Shown: positions 9,422-18,476 of the stretch, one piece after another
Position numbering within the stretch: the first letter of the stretch is position 1
Layout: each line of letters begins with the position of its first letter
Source of the DNA: Candidatus Saccharimonadota bacterium
GTDB taxonomy: Bacteria > Patescibacteriota > Saccharimonadia > Saccharimonadales > UBA4665
Assembly: GCA_003516025.1 (NCBI GenBank)
Contig: CP023991.1
Span: 871,374 to 903,373, forward strand
Reading direction: 5' to 3'
Length of the DNA: 32,000 nt
Made by a program: the position numbers and the translations under genes
The notes under the pieces: generated by a model
Told to the model about the DNA's origin: nothing
The model's database searches: none
Seen by the model: only the letters and a program-made list of their open reading frames with translations

Positions 9422-9741
9422 AATCATTTCTCCTCGTTGCTTACATAGTAGGTGTTGTCCGAAGTAAAAGTAAGTACTAGCGAACTACCACCATAGTACG
9501 GGAAAAAGCTTATGTAAGGCTGTAAGATATTCCACTTACGCTAAAATATATCAGCAGCGCTCATATACGTACGTGGCTCTTATATATATGTTGGCTTACC
9601 CGCACCACAGAGGCAGTGCGCACGACATATATAGCCTTGGCTAGGCGTAAATTATAAAACTGGTGTTCATTTTGGTGGAGACATGAGACTGGTGTTTCCA
9701 TTTAGTGTTTTTGATTTTTGTTTTGAGTATTTTTTGTATGT

Positions 9742-9776
9742 TAAGTCATACTGCGAAGTATAAGCAGTATGACTTA
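9742..9776 (-). terminator. 13-bp hairpin immediately after the 228-aa gene stop
   Basis: TAAGTCATACTGC (9742-9754) pairs with GCAGTATGACTTA (9764-9776). The flanks are A/T-rich but there is no clean U-tract on the minus strand. Confidence 0.45.
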
Positions 9777-9781
9777 TGCCG

Positions 9782-10468
9782 TCAAGCGCTTTGTTGTTCA
9801 GCTTGAGCGGTTTTAAATTCTTCCATAAAGGTGAACGCTTCAGCGCGGATTCTGGGTCCGGCATACTGAGCACCAATATTATAGCCGTATAGCTGGTTAA
9901 GCTCTTCCGCTGACTTCGTCAGGATCTCCGGAATCGTCAGCTGTCCGCGCATAAGCCAAAAGCCATGCAAGGCAAAGTCTTTTACCTGGTTTATATCCGG
10001 ACAAAACTGTGCGATATCACGAGCGGTCGGCGCCACCAATAACGGCACCGGGTACGGCGCGTCTTCCATAACGGCAAATATCCTGGACCGTGTCAGCTCG
10101 CCAATTTTCGAGATGTCTTCCAGCCCTTCCTTGCCCCGAACATAGACGTCACGCAGTGTATGGACCCCATATTGCCGCATTCTGTTCCCCGCCAGGTTAG
10201 TTGTTGGACCTTGCGGATGTTTAAACGGCTCAAACGCTTCTACGACTGGAGTTTCCAGCCAGGATTGTATATGCGGATCGTACAGCTCAAATTTTGGGCG
10301 CAATGGGTCACCCGTGCGCTGCGCCCGTTCTAATTGCGGATTGCTGAGGCCAATCGCGCCGAGAGTAGTAATATAGGCGCCCTCGTTCAGTAACTGGGCG
10401 TCGTGTATTAGGCGTTCGGCGGTCAGCATCCGCTGTTCAGGAGTAAGTTCAGGTTGTTTTTCGCTCAT
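9782..10468 (-). CDS. Hypothetical protein, 228 aa
   Basis: The start is set at ATG 10468 (MSEKQPELTPEQR...). The longer track ORF would run into the rRNA terminator. An extended -10 (TGGTATAAT) lies 10 nt upstream and there is no SD, so the mRNA looks leaderless or near-leaderless. I recognise no family. Confidence 0.6.
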   Translation of the reverse strand: MSEKQPELTPEQRMLTAERLIHDAQLLNEGAYITTLGAIGLSNPQLERAQRTGDPLRPKFELYDPHIQSWLETPVVEAFEPFKHPQGPTTNLAGNRMRQYGVHTLRDVYVRGKEGLEDISKIGELTRSRIFAVMEDAPYPVPLLVAPTARDIAQFCPDINQVKDFALHGFWLMRGQLTIPEILTKSAEELNQLYGYNIGAQYAGPRIRAEAFTFMEEFKTAQAEQQSA

Positions 10469-10520
10469 ACTAAGATACATTATACCATACTTGTCAATAG
10501 TGCTTATGGTAACACTCACT

Positions 10521-10553
10521 GAAAAGAAAAAGACCATCCTATTCGGATGGTCT
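10521..10553 (-). terminator. Rho-independent terminator of the 23S-5S unit
   Basis: AGACCATCC (10531-10539) pairs with GGATGGTCT (10545-10553). On the minus strand it is followed by TTTTCTTTTC, and it lies ~10 nt after the 5S 3' end. Confidence 0.8.
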
Positions 10554-10561
10554 TTTTATAA

Positions 10562-10678
10562 TTCGGCACCGTGCTATTTTCCCAGGCTTCGAAAGCCAAG
10601 TATTGTAACCGCTAGGAGGCTTAACTGCTGTGTTCGGAATGGGAACAGGTGTTTCCCTCTTGCTATGGGCACCGAACA
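10562..10678 (-). rRNA. rrf: 5S rRNA
   Basis: The reverse complement reads ...GTTCGGTGCCCATAGCAAGAGGGAAACACCTGTTCCCATTCCGAACACAGCAGTTAAGCC...CTGGGAAAATAGCACGGTGCCGAA. This contains the conserved CCGAACACAG..GTTAAG core, and the ends pair as helix I. End coordinates are +/- a few nt. Confidence 0.9.
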
Positions 10679-10797
10679 GGTCTTCCTTTTCGTAAAAAGG
10701 AAACCTATCGATGTCCATATCGGTAATGGAATAAATAGTACGGATATGAGAGAAAGAAGTTTAGAGCATACAAACTATTACTAATACTTATGCTAAG

Positions 10798-10814
10798 CAC
10801 CAATAACTAGTCAA
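10798..10814 (-). other. 3' arm of the 23S processing stem (pairs with 14145-14161)
   Basis: CACCAATAACTAGTCAA is the exact reverse complement of TTGACTAGTTATTGGTG at 14145-14161. The flanks extend the pairing imperfectly to ~28 bp. This is the classic RNase III-type stem bracketing the 23S. Confidence 0.8.
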
Positions 10815-11143
10815 TGCACTCCTCTGAATTAATCGTCAACAAGGACGACCAATTCAGAGAACGTAAAAAGTCAATGCCTCTATTAGTACGCTTCGGCTAC
10901 ACATGTTGCCATGCTTCCACCTTGCGCCTATCAACCTGATCGTCTTTCAGGGAGGTCATAGGGAAATCTAATCTTGAGACTAGTTTCGCGCTTAATATGC
11001 TTTCAGCGCTTATCTATTCCGCACGATAGCTACTCAGCAATGCCCTTGGTAGAACAACTGATACACCAGCGGTGCGTCCGCCCCGGTCCTCTCGTACTAG
11101 GGGTAGACTCTCTCAAATTTCCTGACGTCCACAGCGGATATAA

Positions 11144-11177
<34 letters not shown>

Positions 11178-11205
11178 ACGTACCTCTTTAACCGGCGAAC
11201 AGCCG

Positions 11206-11236
<31 letters not shown>

Positions 11237-11295
11237 AGATGAGCCGACATCGAGGTGCCAAACAGCGCCGTCTATGTGAACTATTGGGCGCTATA

Positions 11296-11326
<31 letters not shown>

Positions 11327-11685
11327 AAAGCGCTGTCGATACCACACTCTTGTACAAATGTACTGACAGCGGAAAACTTACTCCGACTTTCGTCCCTGCT
11401 CGGCTTGTAGGCCTCACAGTCAAGCTGGCTTATGCGTATGCACTATCGATACGATTTCCATCCGTACCTAGCCAACCTTTGAACGCCTCCGATACTCTTT
11501 AGGAGGCAACCGCCCCAGTTAAACTACCCACCAGACACGGTCCCCGAACCGGATAACGGTCCGAGTAAGAACAAGAAGTATACAAGGGTGGTATTTCACT
11601 GGTGACTCCACCTCAGCTAGCGCCGAGGCTTCAAAGTCTCCCACCTATGCTACACATGTATACCCCCAATTCAATGTCAAGCTGT

Positions 11686-11717
<32 letters not shown>

Positions 11718-12017
11718 GCGGACAGACGGCATCTTTACCGTCAATGCACTTTCACCGAGCTCTTCGTTGAGACAGTACCCATATCATTACGCCATTCGTG
11801 CAGGTCAGAACTTACCTGACAAGGAATTTCGCTACCTTAGGACGGTTATAGTTACCGCCGCCGTTCACCGGGGCTTCAGTTCAAAGCGTAAACCTCTCCC
11901 CTTAACCTTCCGGCACCGGGCAGGCGTCAGCCCGTATACATCCACTTTCGTGTTAGCACAGACCTATGTTTTTGGTAAACAGTTGCATGGGCTCCTTAGC
12001 TGCGGCCCCCTCATCGT

Positions 12018-12219
12018 AACCACCACAAGGGCGAATACAATGGTTGGACTATAGCTTTCTTTCAAAGCCAGCTAACCTATTGCTAGATTAGCCCGATATG
12101 TCTCAATTATTTCTCGATAAGTTTTTTACGTAAAAGTTATTACTCTTCAAAACCTATGTTTTCTTGAAAGAAAACTAAGCAAATCTCATGTATCCACTGA
12201 TGAACTATCATTGATGGAC
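12018..12219 (-). other. 23S insertion 1: ~200-nt element closed by a 12-bp stem, AT-rich interior, no ORF
   Basis: CCCCCTCATCGT (12006-12017) pairs with ACGATGAGGGGG (12220-12231). An inner 10-bp stem joins TTTCTTTCAA and TTGAAAGAAA. The element lies between the conserved GCCGTAACTTCGG and CAACTGTTTACCAAAAACA blocks, where E. coli has ~45 nt (helix 63 region, from memory). Confidence 0.75.
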
Positions 12220-13431
12220 ACGATGAGGGGGCAGGCCTTATTCCGAAGTTACGGCCGCTTGTTTGCCGAGTTCCTTAACGAAGAATCACTCGTACACCTT
12301 GGTCTACTCGACCTGAGCACCTGTGTCGGTTTGCGGTACGGATTGCATGAGCCACGCGTTAGATTGCTTTTCTAGTCAGTACTTTCATCAGAATTCCGCC
12401 AAAAAGGCAGTTTCATTCGTACCCATTTCTGATACTTAGACGGATATAACCATGAACCCGCTCTAACTAATATACCGCGCACATCTAACAAACTCATGCA
12501 AGTACGGGAATATTAACCCGTTGTCCATCGCCTACGCTACGCGCCTCGGCTTAGGACCGACTAACCCTGGGACGATTATCGTGGCCCAGGAAACCTTGCT
12601 CTTTCGGTGGGCAGGATTCTCACCTGCCTTATGGTTACTCATTCCAGCATTCTCACTTGATAACGCTCCACCAGACCTCACAGTCCGACTTCAATGCAAT
12701 ATCAACGCTCCTCTACCACGCAGAACAATAAATTGTTCCACATCCATATCTTCGGTGCTATGCTTGAGCCCCGTTACATTTTCCGCGCAAGATCTCTTGA
12801 CTAGTGAGCTGTTACGCACTCTTTAAATGAATGGCTGCTTCTAAGCCAACATCCTAGTTGTTTAAGAAATCTCACCTCGTTTCCCACTTAGCATAGACTT
12901 AGGGACCTTAGATGATGGTCTGGGCTGTTTCCCTTTTGAGCGACGAGCTTAGCCCCGCCGTTCTAACTGCTGTAGTTCCGCATGTAGTATTCGTAGTTTA
13001 TCAAGGGTGGGTAATCTTGCGACCCCCAGTCCAAAACAGAGCTCTACCCCTACATGTTACCGTACAACGCTAGCCCTAAAGCTATTTCGAGGAGAACCAG
13101 CTATCTCCAGGTTCGATTGGCATTTCACCGCTAACCACAGGTCATCCGGGTGTGTTGCAACGCACTACGGTTCGGTCCTCCACGTCGTTTTACCGACGCT
13201 TCAACCTGCCCATGGTTAGGTCACCTGGTTTCGGGTCTATTCATAGTAACTAATTCGGCCTATTCAGCCTCGCTTTCACTGCGCCTCCGTCAAATGACTT
13301 AAGCATGCTACTACAAATAACTCGCTGGATCGTTCTACAAAAAGCACCCCGTCACAAGATAAATCTTGCTCCGAGTCCTTGTACGCACACAATTTCAGGT
13401 TCTATTTCACTCCCCTTCCGGGGTTCTTTTA

Positions 13432-13462
<31 letters not shown>

Positions 13463-13613
13463 ATCGTTAGATATATTTAGCCTTAGGAGGTGGACCTCCC
13501 AAATTCAGTCAGGGTTTCACGTGTCCCGACCTACTCAACAAACAAATGATAAAGTTTGCAACACTTGGCATACCAGGCTTTCACTGTCTATGGCGGAACT
13601 TTCCAGATCCTTC

Positions 13614-13828
13614 TGCTCGCATCGCAAATTTTTTACTTTATACAAACGGTGGTAGCGTTTGTCTGCCAATATTGAAACCCGAGTAAACTCGAGACTCAAT
13701 ACTGGTGATTTGTATGTTACAACCCCTTAATAATATTCGTCTACCAACTTATTTGCCGCGCCCCTATCCTTTCACTTAGACGAATCTAAGGTTCGGGATA
13801 AGTTTACAAACAAAAATCATTAAAGTTT
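13614..13828 (-). other. 23S insertion 2: ~215 nt where E. coli has ~35 nt (domain I), no ORF
   Basis: It lies between the conserved GTGGCGAGCGAAACCGG... and ...GGATCTGGAAAGTTCCGCC blocks. Internal stems include ATTCGTCTA/TAGACGAAT and ACAAACG/CGTTTGT. Confidence 0.7.
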
Positions 13829-14243
13829 GGGCTCTACCGGTTTCGCTCGCCACTACTTCCGGCATCGTTGTTTACTTTCTTTTCCTCGGGGTACTAAGAT
13901 GTTTCAGTTCCCCCGGTTACCGCTCTCCAACCCTATATATTCAGGCCGGCGCCATATGACATTACTCATATGAGGTTTCCCCATTCGGAAATCTCCGGTT
14001 CATAGCTTAGTTAGCAGCTCCCCGGAGCTTATCGCAGCTCCTTACGTCCTTCATCGGTATCTAACGTCAAGGCATCCTTTGTGTGCGCTTGAGTAACTTT
14101 TTACGTAACATATATGTTCCGAAGAACACATATGCTTTGTGCAATTGACTAGTTATTGGTGATTATCATATGACCCGAAAAAAATCATAGATAGTATATC
14201 CCCAATAGCCGTATGTCTATTGTCTTTCTTATCTCTCATTGTC

Positions 14244-14259
14244 GAATTGTTAAATTGCA
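14244..14259 (-). promoter_or_regulatory. boxA-like element in the 23S leader
   Basis: The minus strand reads TGCAATTTAACAATTC, against E. coli rrn boxA TGCTCTTTAACAATTT. It sits between the predicted 23S promoter and the processing stem. Confidence 0.5.
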
Positions 14260-14361
14260 AAACTCAAAACATCGCACACGAATGTTTTAATGTTTGAGTT
14301 TACATTGGAAGCCTTCTGGACTATACCTTTGCCTCGTATCTAAACTCAAACCGACCAAACT

Positions 14362-14390
14362 ATTGTAGCAATTCTTACAGGGGCGGTCAA
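14362..14390 (-). promoter_or_regulatory. Predicted sigma-70-type promoter for the 23S-5S unit
   Basis: The minus strand reads TTGACC-N17-TACAAT (-35 at 14390-14385, -10 at 14367-14362), ~255 nt upstream of the mature 23S 5' end. Confidence 0.6.
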
Positions 14391-14602
14391 TACGCTGTTG
14401 CAGCTTTATTTGCTACATTTTATCCCTTCAAACAAGAGGTTACTACCAAGTTGCTAATAACATTGTCTTTCTCAGAGGGCTGAAGCTGAGTTAGAAACTT
14501 TCGCCTGAGCCATAAGTACTGATACCTATCATAGTCCTTTTTACAGAGACGGTCAAGCATATAATGATGTTAAACCGTCTACAGTTTGACTCCTCCAAAA
14601 GC

Positions 14603-15016
14603 TCACTTTTTCCAGACAAAGTATGGCTTATCCAAGTACAATGCTACCCTGGCTGGCTTTACGTCTGTTTTTATCAGGTGCGTATGCTGGTGGGCAGCTA
14701 CTGAGCGGGTAACATTATCGACTGAGCGCATGTAGACGTTATACTCATGCTCATACTGAGCAATAAACTGCATAATGTCAGCCAACTCTTCTTTTGAAAG
14801 CTCCCTGAGGCCGCTGACGTGACGCTTTGGCACCACCATTAAGTGATCCACCACATCCCGATACTCCCATATATCGTATGGGTACTTGTTAAACAGCACC
14901 ACTACGTGAGGAGTTTCGGCGATTATCCGGCGTTCTGCTTCCAGGTTACAAAATGGACAATCACGATCTTTCGGCTCTGACAAAAATTGCTTGATTGACG
15001 AACGATATCTAAACAT
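14603..15016 (-). CDS. HIT (histidine triad) family nucleotide hydrolase/transferase, 137 aa
   Basis: It has the histidine-triad motif HQHTHLI near the C-terminus and an N-terminal CPFC motif typical of HIT proteins. TATAAT lies 6 nt before the ATG. The gene looks more AT-rich than neighbouring core genes. Confidence 0.75.
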   Translation of the reverse strand: MFRYRSSIKQFLSEPKDRDCPFCNLEAERRIIAETPHVVVLFNKYPYDIWEYRDVVDHLMVVPKRHVSGLRELSKEELADIMQFIAQYEHEYNVYMRSVDNVTRSVAAHQHTHLIKTDVKPARVALYLDKPYFVWKK

Positions 15017-15035
15017 TCACCCATTATAAATGAAT

Positions 15036-15069
15036 TAAACAAAAACACATCCTGTTACGGATGTGTTTT
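15036..15069 (-). terminator. Rho-independent terminator directly after tRNA-Ala
   Basis: On the minus strand AAAACACATCC-GTAACA-GGATGTGTTTT is followed by TGTTT. It starts ~12 nt after the tRNA-Ala CCA end. Confidence 0.7.
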
Positions 15070-15080
15070 AGATTCGACTT

Positions 15081-15157
15081 TGGTGGAGACACAGGGACTC
15101 GAACCCTGGACCCCCTGCTTGCAAAGCAGGTGCTCTAGCCAACTGAGCTATGTCCCC
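15081..15157 (-). tRNA. tRNA-Ala (anticodon UGC), CCA encoded
   Basis: The reverse complement is GGGGACATAGCTCAGTTGGCTAGAGCACCTGCTTTGCAAGCAGGGGGTCCAGGGTTCGAGTCCCTGTGTCTCCACCA. It folds as a cloverleaf and has the G3:U70 identity pair. Confidence 0.97.
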
Positions 15158-15163
15158 TTAATT

Positions 15164-15240
15164 TGGTGGGCGATGAGGGACTCGAACCTCCGACCTCGTC
15201 ATTATCAGTGACGCGCTCTAACCAGCTGAGCTAATCGCCC
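15164..15240 (-). tRNA. tRNA-Ile (anticodon GAU), CCA encoded
   Basis: The reverse complement is GGGCGATTAGCTCAGCTGGTTAGAGCGCGTCACTGATAATGACGAGGTCGGAGGTTCGAGTCCCTCATCGCCCACCA. It folds as a cloverleaf with anticodon loop CTGATAA. Confidence 0.97.
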
Positions 15241-15275
15241 TTACGATGTGCTAGCCTGCACATAAGTACCGATGT

Positions 15276-15304
15276 ATTCTACCGAAAAACTACCGGTAAA
15301 ACAA
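15276..15304 (-). promoter_or_regulatory. Possible promoter for the tRNA-Ile/tRNA-Ala pair
   Basis: The minus strand reads TTGTTT-N17-TAGAAT, ~35 nt upstream of tRNA-Ile and just downstream of the post-16S terminator. The -35 is weak. Confidence 0.35.
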
Positions 15305-15323
15305 GTCCTTAACAGGCTTATAT

Positions 15324-15348
15324 AACAAAAAACGCCTCTTTCGAGGCG
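15324..15348 (-). terminator. Rho-independent terminator after the 16S 3' processing arm
   Basis: On the minus strand CGCCTC-GAAA-GAGGCG is followed by TTTTTTGTT. The stem is GC-rich with a GNRA loop and a U-tract. Confidence 0.65.
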
Positions 15349-15373
15349 CTTTTGTAAGTTCTTTGTAAAAAAC

Positions 15374-15390
15374 TGAATAGTGCAAATCAA
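15374..15390 (-). other. 3' arm of the 16S processing stem (pairs with 17258-17274)
   Basis: TGAATAGTGCAAATCAA is the exact reverse complement of TTGATTTGCACTATTCA at 17258-17274. Flanking bases extend the stem to ~27 bp with bulges. Confidence 0.8.
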
Positions 15391-15557
15391 ACGTCAAGTT
15401 CGTTAGGTTCAGATACTATTGTCTCGTCTCGCTTTCAGATAAACCGAAGTAAATCTGCAGCGAGCAAAATAAATGATCAGTACTGATGCATCATCTATCG
15501 AGATCGACCTAGCTCACGTATTACCCGAAGGCGTATACGCTGCTAGTGTTCTCCCTA

Positions 15558-17124
<1,567 letters not shown>

Positions 17125-17286
17125 AAAAAGTAGAATTTGTCTTAACTTCAGTCGAAACTGACTTAATTTTTGATTTACCGTCTCTTGCGAAACAAGCAAA
17201 CCGAAATTACATTTAAAACAATTCTATACATCCTTGCGGATATATATAGAACTGACGTTGATTTGCACTATTCAATTTTTAATGAA

Positions 17287-17298
17287 CTTTAAAGAACA
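17287..17298 (-). promoter_or_regulatory. Degenerate boxA-like element in the 16S leader
   Basis: The minus strand reads TGTTCTTTAAAG, just upstream of the 5' processing arm. It is weaker than the 23S-leader copy. Confidence 0.35.
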
Positions 17299-17371
17299 TT
17301 TCCACCTACTCTACTTCAGCTGACACATCAATGGACATCGAAACTAGAAGCTAAAAATGATCTTAGTTCCT

Positions 17372-17400
17372 ATCTTACGCAAAAAATTTCACTTGGTCAA
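17372..17400 (-). promoter_or_regulatory. Predicted promoter for 16S
   Basis: The minus strand reads TTGACC-N17-TAAGAT (-35 at 17400-17395, -10 at 17377-17372), ~245 nt upstream of the mature 16S 5' end. AT-rich UP-like DNA lies upstream. Confidence 0.6.
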
Positions 17401-17751
17401 GAGTAAATTGCACAATTATGATGTAATTCTCACCTCATACTATCCATGGTGATCATACTTGATTTATACACATTAATAGTATATCACTATAACGCCCACC
17501 TCCTTCCCGGATAAAGGTTGGTTCGATGATGCTCCTTTTCCGTATCTCCCTAGTGTCAAACGCGTCCGCGCTGATCATCAACACGGTCTCAACACTCAAG
17601 CACCTGCCTGCCTGGCTGTCGCTCAGAGGCATAGCGCTCGGAATGGCCGGCACCTGCATGTTGGCCTACGCCAAGCGTCAAAGGTCACCGGTAACCTCTA
17701 CAGTGGAACGTTCCTGTTCTACGCAGGTACAGATGTATGGCGGTATTTTTA

Positions 17752-17780
17752 TTGCATTTATACAATTCTTATGTTATAAT
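17752..17780 (+). promoter_or_regulatory. Near-consensus sigma-70-type promoter for the 222-aa gene
   Basis: It reads TTGCAT-N17-TATAAT, followed by SD AAGGA (17797-17801) and GTG 17808. Confidence 0.65.
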
Positions 17781-17807
17781 TATATTATTAGTACACAAGG
17801 ATTAGCA

Positions 17808-18476
17808 GTGCTTTATATTCATTCCGAAAACCATAATCAACAGAGCGGCATCGCACCTGAAACTATAGATTTGCAGCATGGCCTAGCGGTTGTGCAGAGG
17901 ATTCTTGAACTCACTATTGCTAATGGCGAAAACTTTACCGAAAGAGTTGATCAATATAGCTATGAGCGTCATCTCGATAATGCCCGTGCAACCTTTTTAG
18001 AACGTCGTCCCGATACAGAGACCCAGATGGAGCAGCTGGTGCCAAACACGACAATCCTAGGGCGCTACCTGAAGTTACAGACTTCGCCGGTTGAAAGCAC
18101 GGCAATAGCCCTTGGAGAAATGGGCCTGCTTCCAGCTACAGACTCTTCTCCATTAGCAAAGAAACTCGGCAATGGTGCCATTCAGCTTGGGGAAGTTAGT
18201 TTTGACGCTCTTGAAACTAATCAGCAAGTTGAAGAAACCTCGGCAGTTACACACTTCAATCTTCATTCTAACGGCTTAATCACAGTAAGCGGCGAGGTTA
18301 CCACTGCCGTAGATATCGATATTCCAGAACTCGCCCATTGGAACAGCCTTGGCATGAATGAAATGGTGGATCTGCGCCCATCGGACACGGTAACTTTTGA
18401 TTCTGAACCAGTTAGCCCTTATCAGGCAGAACAGCTGGCAAATTATGTTGCCAGCCGCACGCACCAAGAATATTAA
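17808..18476 (+). CDS. Hypothetical acidic protein, 222 aa (GTG start)
   Basis: The track ORF 17526..18476 would read through an AT-rich promoter. GTG 17808 has an SD 6 nt upstream and a promoter ~28 nt upstream. The stop overlaps the gyrA stop (shared TTAA). I recognise no motif. Confidence 0.6.
   Translation: MLYIHSENHNQQSGIAPETIDLQHGLAVVQRILELTIANGENFTERVDQYSYERHLDNARATFLERRPDTETQMEQLVPNTTILGRYLKLQTSPVESTAIALGEMGLLPATDSSPLAKKLGNGAIQLGEVSFDALETNQQVEETSAVTHFNLHSNGLITVSGEVTTAVDIDIPELAHWNSLGMNEMVDLRPSDTVTFDSEPVSPYQAEQLANYVASRTHQEY

Noticed and set aside
10469-10537. N-terminal extension of the 251-aa track ORF.
   Set aside because: It runs through the extended -10 promoter and into the rRNA terminator hairpin, and its residues (MVFFFSVSVTISTIDKYG) look non-genic.
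17526-17807. N-terminal extension of the 316-aa track ORF.
   Set aside because: It would read through an AT-rich TTGCAT-N17-TATAAT promoter and its SD. GTG 17808 with AAGGA 6 nt upstream is the coherent start.
18473-18476. Overlapping convergent stop codons (TTAA) of the 222-aa gene and gyrA, with no terminator between them.
   Set aside because: The overlap is real but commonplace in compact genomes, and nothing further could be extracted from it.
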